Of a stretch of DNA of 64,000 nucleotides, positions 1 to 11,629 are shown piece after piece (positions within the stretch are counted from its first letter, which is position 1; every line of letters begins with the position of its first letter). The position numbers and the translations under genes are program-made. Under the pieces are notes generated by a model. That model worked only from the letters and a program-made list of their open reading frames with translations. It had not been told where the DNA came from and did not search any database. The stretch comes from Octopus bimaculoides (taxonomy: Eukaryota), in assembly GCF_001194135.2 (NCBI RefSeq), contig NC_068981.1, forward strand, positions 39,060,709-39,124,708, in the 5' to 3' direction.

Positions 1-101
1 AATCACATAATATTCTAAAAGTACTTGTGGAAGCTTGATTAAATGTATGCTAAAAATATTTATTAGGCACAGGCATGGCTGTGTGGTAAGAAGTTTGCTT
101 C

Positions 102-332
102 AAGGCGGCGAGCTGGCAGAAACATTAGCACACCGGGTGAAATGCTTAGCGGTATTTCGTCTGCTGTTACATTCTGAGTTCAAATTCCGCCAAGGTCGAC
201 TTTGCCTTTCATCCTTTTGGGGTCGATAAATTAAGTACCAGTTATGCACTGGGGTCAATGCAATCGACTTAATCCCTTTGTCTGTCCCTGTTTGTCCCCT
301 CTATGTTTACCCCCTTGTGGGCAATAAGGAAA
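102..332 (+). mobile_element. SINE family B nested in SINE A
   Basis: Shares the core GTTCTGAGTTCAAATTC..CCTTTCATCCTTTTGGGGTCGATAAATTAAGTACCAG with copies at 17412, 40814 and 58435. TSD TAAGAAGTTTGCTTC (87-101) / TAAGTAGTTCGCTTC (333-347). Confidence 0.85.
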
Positions 333-537
333 TAAGTAGTTCGCTTCCCAGTCACATGGCTCCAGGTTCAGTCCCACTGCATGGCACCTTGGGTTAGTAT
401 CTTCTGCTATAGTCTCAGGCCAACCAAAGCCTTTTCAGTGGATCTGGTTGATGGAAATTAAACGAAGACAATTGTGTGTGTGTTTCTTTGTGCCTGTGTT
501 TGTCCTCTACTACTGCTTGACAACCAGTGTTGATGTA

Positions 538-1002
538 CAGTAATCTTTCACCTATCGCACCCTCAGTACATTATGGATTTTTCTGGCTAATATATGTAAA
601 TTTATATCATGGGTTTCTGCAGCTGATAGGTATTAATAATTTTTTAGATTTTAATTGTTTTTGTGGTAAAATAAGCATTTTCACGCCTAAAAATCAATAA
701 ATCAATGAATCAAAATACAGGACAGTAATGCTCTGTATAACACATGAATTAAAATATATTAAAAGAAAATATGTAGTGTACCGTAAATGAGTAAACAAAG
801 AATCACATATATTGTACAGAAAACGAAACTTGGGAGGTATGTGTGTGGTGTTGTTTTGCATTTATAATAAAATAAATATATACAAATTGTAAAAATAATA
901 AAAAAAAATATATACAGTTTATACACTGTTTATACTTCGCAGATTTTCACCTATCACAGGGTTTTTTGGAATGTAACACCCGTGATAGTCGAGGGGTTAC
1001 TA
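538..1002. mobile_element. pogo/Tigger-like MITE (Tc1/mariner superfamily)
   Basis: Imperfect TIRs CAGTAATCTTTCACCTATCGC and GTGATAGTCGAGGGGTTACTA, flanked by TA on both sides. SINE A sequence resumes after it. Confidence 0.7.
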
Positions 1003-1210
1003 TAATTACATCCCTGGAACATAGCAGTTCAGCAAAAAGATACTAACACCATAAGTACCAGGTTTTAAAAATGAATGGTAATAAGAACTGGGGTCAATTC
1101 ATTTGACTAAAATTCTTCAAGGCAGTGCCCCATCATGGCTGCTGTCTAATGACTGAACCAAGTACAAGATAAAAGATGTAATTTAAATATTAGCTATGCC
1201 TAAACATTGT

Positions 1211-1504
1211 GAAGGTACGTGGCTTAGTGGCTAGGGTATTCGGCTTGCAATCATAGGGTTGTGAGTTCAATTCCCAGCAGCACACTGTGTTCTTGAGCAA
1301 GACACTTTATTTCATGGTCCATTCAGATGGCAAAAATGAGTAGTACCTGTATTCCAAGGGGCCAGCCATGTCACACTGAATCTCCCTGAGAAGTATACAA
1401 AGAGCACTGTGGAGTGCTCAGCCACTTGCACGTTAATCTCATGAGCAAGCTGTTCTGTTGGTTAAATCAACTGGAACCCTTGTCGTTGTAAGCGATGGAG
1501 TGCC
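1211..1504 (+). mobile_element. tRNA-headed SINE, family C
   Basis: A-box-like TGGCTTAGTGG and B-box-like GAGTTCAATTCC. Body matches the minus-strand copies at 18570, 38889 and 58523. Confidence 0.8.
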
Positions 1505-2139
1505 AGTCCAGTCATGCCTACATATACTGGAATATTTGATTTTAATACTGCAGTGTGTGTCAAGTAATTTCATCTTACAATAGCATATTATCTTTGGCTA
1601 TTGTTCAGAAATTCCTTCACTGAGAATTTAAACATGCTTATCTGCCTAAATCCTCTTCTTCCACATCATCATAATAACAGTAATAATTCTCATTGCTTTC
1701 ATGTTCATCTACCTATTGAAGTCATGAGTTGGTTGGATTTACAGATCCCAATCTATTAATGTCTAAATAATGTCACTTATTTATCTAACTTATTAGTGTC
1801 AGTTTATCTATCTGTGTTATTAGTGTCATTTCTAAATTGCGGCAGAATATTATTAAGTCAGTCCTAATTGCTTCTTAAGTCTGTTGCTGATATAAAACTC
1901 TTCTTGCAATTTATATCACTTTATCTTACACTATGTACCATCAATTTATGCCATTTTCCCATTTGAGCAAATTAGTGAGTCTCTGCATGGATTGTGAACT
2001 TGCTACAAATAGCAGGCAAATTTCCGTCACTCAAATCATACCTGATCTTATAAGTTAGGTGGCATGCAGGCAGAAACATTGTCTCATAGGATAAAATGTT
2101 TAATGGCATTTCTTTTGACTCATTATGTTGAGAGATCAA

Positions 2140-2270
2140 ATTCTGCAGGGTTGACTTTTGTCTTTCACTCATTAAGGGTTGATAAAATAAGTACCAGTAA
2201 AATATTGGGATCGATAGGATCCACTTACTCCCTCCTCTAATTTATTGCCTGTGTGCTAGAATTTGATAGC
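2140..2270 (+). mobile_element. SINE B fragment
   Basis: GGGTTGATAAAATAAGTACCAG core. Confidence 0.6.
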
Positions 2271-2309
2271 AAAAAAAAAAAAAAAAAGGGTTGAGTTAGC
2301 AGAATCATT

Positions 2310-2614
2310 AACAATATAGCCTCAGGCTGGCCAAAGCCTTGTGAATGAATTTGGTAGATGGAAACTGAAAGATGCCTATCGTATATATTGTATGTATGTG
2401 TGTATGTTTGTATATGTGTGTGTGTTTGTACCTCCACTATCGCTTGACAACTGATGTCAGTGTTTTAATGCCCGCCGTAACTCAGCAGTTCGGCAAAAGA
2501 GACTGATAAAATAAGTACTAGGCTAACAAGGAATAAGTCCTGGGGTCGATTTGTTCAACTAAAGGTGGTGCTCCAGCATGGCTGCTGTCAAATGACTGAA
2601 ACAAGTAAAAGAAT
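2310..2614 (+). mobile_element. SINE A, 5'-truncated
   Basis: Body and 3' end match family A (CAAAGCCTTGTG..CAGTTCGGCAAAAGAGAC..GACTGAAACAAGTAAAAGA). Confidence 0.8.
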
Positions 2615-2624
2615 ACCAAACAAA

Positions 2625-2795
2625 AGTGCTTAGTGGAATTTCTTTCACCCTCACATTCTGAGTTCACATTCTGTTAAAGTTGATTTTGCCTTTCATTCTT
2701 TTGGAATCAATAAAATAAGTATCCATTCAGCACTGGGTTGGTGTATTTGACAAGTCCTCCCCTCAAAATTTCAGGCCTTGTAGCTATTGTAGCAA
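2625..2795 (+). mobile_element. SINE B, degenerate
   Basis: ACATTCTGAGTTCACATTC..CCTTTCATTCTTTTGGAATCAATAAAATAAGTA core plus the family 3' end. Confidence 0.65.
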
Positions 2796-3264
2796 GAATA
2801 TAATACATTGTAAGTTACATTGGATAATGTATAATCCCTAACTCTGGGTCATCGTGGCTAAAACAGCCTTCATCATAAGTCTGCTCCTTCAGGTCACTTT
2901 TTCAGCTAAATAATTATAACCACCTCTATGAAATGTGTACATAGCATCCATGAAAATATCCATATCCTGTTGCTTACTAAACACAGTTTGTATTATGTCT
3001 ATTTCTCAAGGAAACCGTCAATCTTAATGGACAAATATATTGAAAACACACACTTTATGATATAAATGACCATAAAAACTGATTTCAGTCAGTAAAATAT
3101 GAATATTCTATTCTTCTATAGCAGAACCCCTGTGGGCTACACTATGCACTAAAATTTACACAGTAAAGCTTTTATAGACAAAAACTTTTTTTATATAACA
3201 ACATTTCAGTAATATGTGACCTTTTCTGTTTTTTTTTTCTTTGTGCCCTGAGTATAAAACTCAC

Positions 3265-3303
3265 CTTGTGAAAACATACACTAATACTATTACAGTAAAA
3301 ATG
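3265..3303 (-). CDS. candidate small coding exon (hydrophobic, IFTVIVLVYVFT) of an unidentified gene
   Basis: On the minus strand: T-rich acceptor TTTTTATATAG, 39 nt open in two frames, strong donor AG|GTGAGT. No homology recognised. Confidence 0.25.
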
Positions 3304-3479
3304 CTATATAAAAACAATTGTTATGTAAAAACAATTTTGTATTTCTAATTTCAAATATATAAATATAGGATAAAAATGTTTACCTCCTATGTTAAAAAAT
3401 AAAACTTGTTTTATTCAGACAACTATATATATGTATAAAAATTTAATGCATTTTCAACCCTATTTTTTAATTTTTTTAC

Positions 3480-3666
3480 AAACATATATATATGAACAAT
3501 ATTGTATAACATATTATATATATATAAATATTATATAATATATATTATATACATGTTTTGTGTATATATATGTGTGTGTATGTTGTGTCTATATATACAT
3601 GTGTATATGTATGTGTGTGTATGCATATATATATATATATATAAATTTATATTATATACACATATA
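3480..3666. repeat. (TA)n/(TG)n compound microsatellite
   Basis: Visible directly. Confidence 0.9.
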
Positions 3667-4320
3667 TCAGGTCATCCCATAAGTTCTGTCTGATTTTAGC
3701 TTTTTTAAAATTGAATGAAATTTGATACTAATTTAGAATGTCTAATGGAATTAAAAATTATCTTTATGCATTTGTGTATATTTAAACTAATTAAATACTA
3801 TTTTACAAAATAATAGATTTAAAATTTCTTTGATTAAAAACCTTTCTAACATGGAAGTATCCAAAGAGCATTTGAGGCACATAATGCTTTTTGAGTACAA
3901 AAAGGGAAACTCTGCAGCCAAAGCGACTCGAAACATACACTCAGATTATGAGAAAGAATGCTTGAATGAAAGAACTTGCAGATGGTTTACAAAATTCAGA
4001 CGTGGAGATTTCAGCCTTGAAGATGAAGATCGAACAGGACGTCCAGTTGAGTTTGATGATAAGCTCCTTGAGGTATTACTTGAAGAAAATCCTGCATTAT
4101 CAGTTGAAGAATTGACAATAAGGCTTAGTTCAAACCATACAACTGTTCATCGTCATCTTCAACAACTTGAATTGTCCAAAAGCAATCGCAAATCCCGAGT
4201 TGACATCTGCTCTTCTCTCCATTCTCATGAACTCATTTCATCCTTTTTGGATAGACTTATGACTGGTAACAAAAAATGGATCTTCTATCAAAATGTTAAA
4301 AACTGTAAACTCCAGTCATA
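3667..4320 (+). mobile_element. mariner transposon remnant, 5' half
   Basis: TA followed by a left-TIR-like TCAGGTCATCCCATAAGTTC. ORF 3830-4357 gives MEVSKEHLRHIMLFEYKKG..WFTKFRRGDFSLEDEDRTGRP..RLMTGNKKW (HTH domains plus a decayed first catalytic motif). The 3' half is missing. Confidence 0.9.
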
Positions 4321-4334
4321 TTACTCCAGTTCAC

Positions 4335-4558
4335 TCAGCTGTAGAAATGAGTTGTGACATCACTGGCACCAAGCTGCATCAGCTTTTGTTTTTTCGTTAG
4401 ATAACATTGGTGGTAGGGAGAGGAGATGCTGGTAAGCATTGTTTGAGTTAAGAATAGGCAACTGCTGGTCTTCCATAAACAAAGTTGTCTGGACTTGTTG
4501 AGAGGGGAACTTTCTAAGGGCAATCCCATGATAGTTCATAACAAAGGGGTCTTTACCC
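4335..4558 (+). mobile_element. SINE family D, 5'-truncated
   Basis: CTCAGCTGTAGAAATGAGTTG..CTTCCATAAAC..GCAATCCCATG matches 41421-41763. Confidence 0.7.
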
Positions 4559-4560
<2 letters not shown>

Positions 4561-4600
<40 letters not shown>

Positions 4601-4870
4601 NNNNNNNNNNNNNNNNNNNNNNNNNNNNNNNNNNNNNNNNNNNNNNNNNNNNNNNNNNNNNNNNNNNNNNNNNNNNNNNNNNNNNNNNNNNNNNNNNNNN
4701 NNNNNNNNNNNNNNNNNNNNNNNNNNNNNNNNNNNNNNNNNNNNNNNNNNNNNNNNNNNNNNNNNNNNNNNNNNNNNNNNNNNNNNNNNNNNNNNNNNNN
4801 NNNNNNNNNNNNNNNNNNNNNNNNNNNNNNNNNNNNNNNNNNNNNNATATATATATATATATATATATAA
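4561..4870. repeat. (TG)n/(TA)n microsatellite spanning assembly gap 4601-4846
   Basis: Visible directly. Confidence 0.95.
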
Positions 4871-5511
4871 ATAATTTAGAGAAGAACCACCATAGTGCAA
4901 CTCGCACGAAGAAGGAGAACAGACACCATGAAGAAAAGTGTACTATACAAACTAGTTTAAAAATCTAAAAATCCAAGGGAGAATTTATAATACATAAAAT
5001 CTATGAAATATTGGACTAAGAATTAAAATCGGTTACGTTTGAGAAACGAAAATGGGAGAAAGACTATACACGTTTCATGGCCACATAACATTGGGAAATA
5101 TCTGGTCAATCTACAATGAATCAAACAAGATAAATACCACTCAATATGAGGACACTCTTCAGGTCCTGTAAATTCAAAAAACGTATCTTAAATTTAAAAA
5201 TGCATAAAATAAGAAAAGTATAAAAATCTGTCCGTTTAAGCAAAATTTAGTATAAAGGAAATTGTCAAGGTTTCATAATAAAACACATCAAATAGCAATA
5301 AATGTCTGTCAAATTTAAGGCATAAAACGTCAATTGGGGAGATAATATCTGTAGATAAGGAAAAGGAAACATATATAACGAAAGTGTGATTAGCTAGTAA
5401 AGGGAAAAAAAACGTGCAAGAATATAAGGGGGAAAAAAGTCACTTAACTTAACGGGGAAACTTGGTTGCCTGAGGTACTATTCAAAGGCGAAGAAATATA
5501 TACTATGTGTA

Positions 5512-5580
5512 TCACGTGACAAAATGGCGCCCACCACGTGATCCTAAATGTCAAACTAACGTTTAGAACTAAAACACGTG
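5512..5580 (+). promoter_or_regulatory. CpG-rich promoter-like cluster: three E-boxes and a YY1-type motif
   Basis: CACGTG at 5513, 5535 and 5575 (the first in TCACGTGAC) and AAAATGGCG at 5521-5529. CpGs are retained in an otherwise CpG-poor window. Confidence 0.5.
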
Positions 5581-5594
5581 AGATACGAGACAGC

Positions 5595-5642
5595 ATGGCG
5601 TGGAAGGAGAAGAGGGAGGAAAAACTACGAAATGATGATAAG
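5595..5642 (+). CDS. candidate first coding exon MAWKEKREEKLRNDDK (host or element-encoded)
   Basis: GCATGG start context directly downstream of the promoter-like cluster, 16 open codons, consensus donor AAG|GTAAGT. Its 3' end is duplicated in inverted form at 6815-6852. Confidence 0.35.
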
Positions 5643-6429
5643 GTAAGTGTGTAGACCTGGAATCAAGCAATAAGATAAAAATTATAAACCTAATAATAGA
5701 AATGACAACGAAAAAATCTGGTTAATAATCCCATACGGGAACCGGGTTAAAACAAATATTATTAAAGAAATTCTAAATATAATCGAAATATTCATTAAAG
5801 ACAATAAAAAATATTAAGATATCTTCTCTAGTATGAACTTATGGGTTGGTTACTCCACTACTAATAATGTTGGTAACATCATCTCATCCTTTGACAAGTT
5901 TAAATTGAACAAGTTCTACAATAATAAATAAAGCCACACTTCAAATAATAATAATAGTAATAATACAGACCAGCAAATATCTAACTGCACATGCAGAGAC
6001 ATAACTAAATCCAAATTTAACAATAAATGTAATTTAGAGGATCTGGTATATCAATGTGTAGTTACTCCTAATGATTATAATAAAAAGAATAGACACAGTT
6101 TAAACACGATTTACACCGGCTCAACCTCTAATAAAATCAAATCCCGAGTGGCTCAACATATGCACTCTTTTAAGAATAGCAACTTAATTAATTCCACTGG
6201 CCTTAGCAAATACACATAGGACCTTAAATCGAAAGGAATAAAATACAGTTTAAAAGGGAAATAGTTTGTAAGGCTAAATCTTACCGAACAGGCAGTAAAT
6301 TCTGCTCCTTATGCACTAACGAGTTTAAGGAGATACTATTCACTAATAATAAAAAATTAATAAACTCCTATGATGAACGAAAAATTAAATGCAGACATAA
6401 ACTCAACTTTTTATATAATAACTTTAGAT

Positions 6430-7560
6430 AATTGTTCACACAACTCTATGGTAATATCTGCTTAGTTATGACCTCATAACAGGGTATAAGTTCAGGTAGT
6501 GAGTTGCGATAGCTTTGTGTTTATACTCTGCTAAAAGATATACACTAACCTTAGTCTTATTATACTTATTGTTATGAACCCTCAGCAGTAACTAGTCTTG
6601 CTAATACGTAGGTCTTGATTACACGTGGTTCGAGATAATATTAACTTTCTACTTGGATACGCCTTACAAGTCCACCGTAATACTACCTTCCTTCATTTTT
6701 GTCATTTTTAGTTCTGGTATATTTTATGTACCTTAATCACTTCTACATGTTTGCTTCCATCAGTTATTTCACTATTTTTTTCTTTTACTCTTTTACATAA
6801 CAGCATAATAGTGTTTGATTCCAGGTCTACGCACTTACCTTATCATCATTTCTTCCTAGTTGCACCATGGTGGTTCTTCTCTAAATTCTTAAAATGTTTT
6901 TCAATATACAACTCAAGTCAGACCTGTCACAACTTCGTTTTGGTGGTATACATATTTTTAATGATATGTCCATAGTCTATTCATTGGTTTGTGTTTTGTG
7001 TTTGCTGATTGGCTGTTATTTCACTGCATTATCACTTGTTATTTCTTGTTGCATGTTTTTTTTTAATATTTCTTGTATTTGTTGATTAAATAGATGTACT
7101 TCAGTTTTGAATTTATCTGTTATTCTCCTGAAGACTGTTTCTATCAAATTTTGGGTATGTCTTTTTTCGATGGAGTTTGCCATACTGTGTTTGTAGACTG
7201 TGTGTAAATATTGTGTTTTGATAAGGAGTGAATAATTTTAATGACTTGTTTGTATCTAACATATTTATTTAGGGAGAAATTTCTGATATTGGAAATGGTA
7301 TCTCCTAGTTGATTGATTTTGGCATAGGTTGTAGAATGTGTCTGTTAACTAATTAAAATTATTTGTTTGTTAATTTATTGGGGCATCAGTTTTTTTAACC
7401 ATTAGGCTTTGGACATGTTTGATTAAGTGCTTGCATGTATGAGCGATCAGGGCTCGCTTTCTACTTTATTTTGTATATGTTTCATATTCTTGTTTATGTG
7501 TGTGCCTGCAATATTTAAGTGGTTTTGATTAAAATATTTGGAATTTCAGTTGGGTTATTA
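6430..7560 (-). mobile_element. second, inverted copy related to the 4873-5666 segment (probable Penelope-like remnant)
   Basis: 6858-6887 is the reverse complement of 4873-4902 (29/30) and 6815-6852 is the reverse complement of 5629-5666 (37/38). Both copies encode NLEKNHH.ATR. The outer boundaries are approximate. Confidence 0.55.
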
Positions 7561-9339
7561 TAAACAGTTATATATGGATGAGGTTTGGTGTGTTGTCTGT
7601 TAAACTAATTTAATATTGTTGTTTAATTCATTGACTGTTATATGTTGTTTGAAGAATAGGTCTCTAAATGTGTGTGTATGTATGTATCTGTGAGCATGTG
7701 CATGACTGTGTGTGTTTGTATGTTGTGGCCAACACTTCTTTCTTATCCTATGTGTTATTCCATATGTGGGATTCCATATTCTGATAAAACTTTTTCATTT
7801 ATGTTTGCATTAGTCTTTTGTATCGCATGTTTGCAATAGGTCAGCTATTTGTGGTTCAATACATATGGACGTAACTTTTTTTCATGTTTGTGTGAGTTAG
7901 ACTTGGTACTTGTCTTAAGCTGTATGTAGTTTAGATCGTTTTGTTTTGAAAGATGAATTTATTTCGGTAACCACAGTGTGATGATATCTCATTTTTGTAT
8001 AGTGTGTGTGTGTTTGTGTGATTATATGGTTAGGGAACAAATTTAATTCAGAACCATTCATGTTTAATGGTGTGCAGTTTGTATGTATGTATTTGTGTGT
8101 GTGTGTGTGTATGTATGTATTTAAAACAATGATAGGTAAAGTGTTTGTTTTCTACTAATTCTGAGAAAATATAATAGAATAAAATTAAATGATCTTGTCT
8201 GAAATGTTTGTTTTCTTGGAAGCTATTCAGTACATTTGAATTTGCTCAAATTTATTTTCATTGACTAACTGTCCTTTGTAATAGAGACAAAGAAAAAATA
8301 ATTCTTTTCATGTTTATATAATACTGTTCTTTTAAATCTACAGTCCTTTTTGTTTGTTTGCTTATAATTGTCACAATCATCATAACTGCAATCATTATTA
8401 ACAGCATCATCCTTAAAGTTATAGTATAATTAAACTATTTATACACATCAAGTCAAGCTAAGTGATTGTAATAAGAACACTTTTATCAAATATATTTCTG
8501 ACATGTACTCTTACAAATTTTAACTCATTGTAATGGTTTTATGAAGTATTTTCTACTTCTTAGAAATTAATTTCAAATTAATTTTACCATTTTACTAAAA
8601 CAAATGGTAAAGAAACATTTATTTATTTATTTATTTTTCCTAATAAAAAAAAAAAAAAAGAAGACAAGATTAATTAAATTGTTTTCAGACAAAATTGATG
8701 TAATTTTTTCTCCGGCAATATTTTAAAATAGCATTTGAAATCTATTTCTTACTAAAACAACTGCCTACAATTTTCATCAACGTCTTCAATTAATATGCTT
8801 TCGACTGATTATTCAGATTTAATTTCAATGTATTTTATTTTTTTTTTTTTTCATCAATTTAGCCAAAACATTCTGTAAAATGATTGTGAAGTGGTTGATT
8901 ATTCAGTTCTTCACATTCAAATTGAGACTGTCAATTAGGTCATGATACTTTAGGTCAGTTTTGAAAGTACTTTAGGTTTTAGTTTATTCTAGCAATCATT
9001 ACTATATCCATGCTGAGGCACATAAATGAAAAATACAAACTGCTAATCAAGCTAAAATAACAAGTTAACTAAAGCCATTACTTCTCTCCTCAAGACATTG
9101 AGACATTACCTTGGTTAATATGGCTTTATCTCTACCGGGTTATTATAGTCTAAATATGCATTAAACAATCCCAGAATTACTGTTTCCCTCAACTGCCAAT
9201 AGAATTTTCTGTTTCACCAATTGAACATTTTATTTCTATCTGTATAGTAGACAGATCAATAATAGCTAAGCATTAGGCCTGCAAGGAGTTATACAAAATT
9301 TTAAAAAGTGAATAGAAAGAATTGATACGAAGAAACTTA

Positions 9340-9545
9340 GTGGGGAGCAAAATATTAGGTTATCCAGCCAGAAGAGAAGCTGAGAGTAGGATGTGTGGAA
9401 ATGTTCCAGTCTGTGATGATGAGAAGCATGAACTGTTCTGAATCACAAAGCAGTGTGTTTGTATGAATCAAAATGTCACAGGAGAGAAGTGAGAAAATAC
9501 TGATGCACTTGCCTGAGGTAAAAATGAAAATAAGGAAGCATGGAA
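9340..9545 (+). repeat. about 205-bp direct duplication, copy 1
   Basis: Nearly identical to 11956-12160 (about 3 differences). Confidence 0.95.
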
Positions 9546-9943
9546 ATGTTATTATGAAAGGTTGTTACATGTGGAATATTTTATTTACTTATGCTAGTTA
9601 ACCAGCTAGTACAGCAAAGTGTTATATTCAGTGGCTGACATATCAATATCTTTGCAAACTGCTACAAGACAAACTGAGATGAAAAATATAAAATTAATTT
9701 CTCTAAAAAGAAATACAAAACTATAAATGTAAGACGAGAGAATAATAATAATAATGATGATGTTCATATTAGTTATTCAAAATAATACTAAATATTTATG
9801 TTAACTAATTCAACCCATTGTGAAACAGTATATAATATTAATGATGATGATGGACTTAAAGTATATACATATGTGGGTGTGAGTGTGCGAGTGTTTATGT
9901 ATATATGTATACATGTACATACACACATACACATATATATATA

Positions 9944-11187
9944 TTGGGTTGGCAACTAAGTTCCCGCCGTTTTTTTTAAATTTTGGAATTCATTGCATTT
10001 TTAAGTTTTGAGATCTATTTTTTTCGAGAATTCTATTTTGGAATCTATTTTGTTGTTTTTGTTTCTAGTTAATTTTAGTTAATTTTTGTTTATTTTCAGA
10101 TCATTAAAATGGAATGTCAAGTTAAGAAAAACGAGCATTTTCGACACCTCCTTCTTTTTGCTTTTAATCAAGGTTCTAAGGCAGCAAAAGCTTCTCATGA
10201 CATTTGTGCTGTATATGGAGAGGGTGCCATAGCTGAAAGAACTGCTTGTGATTGGTATGCCAAGTTCAAAATGGAAATTTTGACTTCAAAAATGCATCTT
10301 GTTCTGTCCGTCTGACAAGGGAACTGGCAGAGAAAATGGAATACTCCCACACTGCTATAGAGAAGCATCTTCACTCGATGGAAAAGGTTCAGAAGTATGG
10401 AGCATGGGTTCTGCATGCTTTAAGTGGCAACAACAAAAATCAACAAGCCACAATCTCCATTGGTTTGCTTGCTCGTCACCACTCAACTCACGGACACAAA
10501 CAACAATTTCTTTACTGAATCATTACTAGCGACGAAAAATGGTGCCTGTACATCAATATGAAGCAGCTTATGGAATGGCTTAGCCCCAGTAAAAAAGCAA
10601 CACTGCACATGAAAGAAGATCTTCATCCATGTAAAATGATGTTGTTCATATAGTGCGACTGGGAAAGGATTATTCATTACGAATTTCTTGAACGGAACCA
10701 AGCAGTCAATGTGAAACTCTAAGTTCAACATGTGGAATGACTCAACATGGCTAATCAAGAGAAAAGACCTAATCGGCAGCATGGAGTTCTTCTGCTGCGC
10801 AACAATGCCCGCCCTCATATCATCAATATGACTAATGAAGCCATTCAAACACATGGCTGGGAAGTGCTGCCACACCCGTCGTACTCTCTTGATTTGGTAC
10901 CAACGGATTGCCACCTTTTTTGATCTCTTTCAAATGCTATGCTTAGAGTTTGTGATGCAGAATTGAGAGCTTGGTTGGAGCTGATGCAGAATTGAGGGCT
11001 TGGTTGGATCAATTTTTCGAGTCAAAATCAGGTGATTTCTACCAACGAGGTATTGAAATCTTGTTTAAGTTGGGAAGAAGTTATAAACAAGGGTGAATAC
11101 ATTATTGATTAATTAGTTGTTATTTTTTATTAAACCTTTTAAAAAGTTTAAATTTTAAAAACGGCGAGAACTTAGTTGCCAACCCAA
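9944..11187 (+). mobile_element. near-full-length mariner transposon with a dead transposase (mellifera-like TIR)
   Basis: 30-bp TIRs TTGGGTTGGCAACTAAGTTC(C/T)CGCCGTTTT with 1 mismatch and TA at both ends. Fragments read MECQVKKNEHFRHLLLF, TSDEKW, NNARPH and HPSYSLDLVPTDCHLF. It has frameshifts, an internal deletion and a short tandem duplication near 10952-11010. The subfamily call is from memory of TIRs. Confidence 0.95.
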
Positions 11188-11629
11188 TATATGTACATAT
11201 TTATCATATATACATACATGCACCCTCACACACACACATATAAATATTTAGATAAATATAGATATACATACATACATACATGCATACATATACATACATG
11301 TCTGTGTGTGTGGCTGGTTGAAGCTCTGCTGTCCAATGATATGGATTTTAGTTTTTTGATCAACTGAAGGACCAGCTCTTGAAGTTATGTCATGGGAGCA
11401 TGTACCCATTTACTCATTATTCACAGGTAGAATGAGTATGATATGATGTGAGACATGGCTGTACATTTCAATTAGAGCTACAATCCATATAACATGTATA
11501 TAATTGAAAAAAATGAAACTTGAAATTTGCCAGCAAATTGTGATCCTGAAACACATCTAGTAGGATGGGAATGAGCTGTCCAGCAAATGCCAGCATAGAA
11601 ATAGAGAGTGGATGCAAAGCAATGATAAT

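Larger units (their letters stand above)
66..1176 (+). mobile_element. tRNA-headed SINE, family A (interrupted by two nested insertions)
   Basis: Head GGCACAGGCATGGCTGTGTGGTAAGAAG, body and 3' end (GACTGAACCAAGTAC..AAAAGA) match the reverse complement of the uninterrupted copy at 55455-55835. Split by insertions at 102-332 and 538-1002. Confidence 0.8.
4873..6430 (+). mobile_element. Penelope-like retroelement remnant with a GIY-YIG endonuclease domain (RT apparently deleted)
   Basis: About 5700-6430 translates, with stops and frameshifts, to KIWLIIPY..VKTNII..GYSTTNNVGNIISS..NCTCR..KCNLEDLVYQCVV..IYTGST..KSRVAQHMHSFKN..STGLSKY..CSLC..KCRH. This is the order of thumb linker, Cys motif, GIY-YIG and C-terminal CxxC..CRH typical of PLE ORFs. 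Confidence 0.8.

Noticed and set aside
1211-1285. tRNA-like sequences with A and B boxes (also 22.3, 41.4 and 54.7 kb)
   Set aside because: No complete cloverleaf or acceptor stem, and each continues into a repeated body: SINE heads, not tRNA genes.
4495-4968. Long ORFs in the supplied track containing runs of X and (CV)n, (YI)n or (HT)n, here and at 32.1-32.5, 38.2-38.9, 42.1-43.0, 46.0-47.1, 47.6-48.1 and 48.4-49.2 kb
   Set aside because: They are translations of dinucleotide microsatellites and N-gaps, not genes.
9110-9240. Strong minus-strand donor AAG|GTAATG at about 9110
   Set aside because: All three frames upstream contain stops before a usable acceptor.
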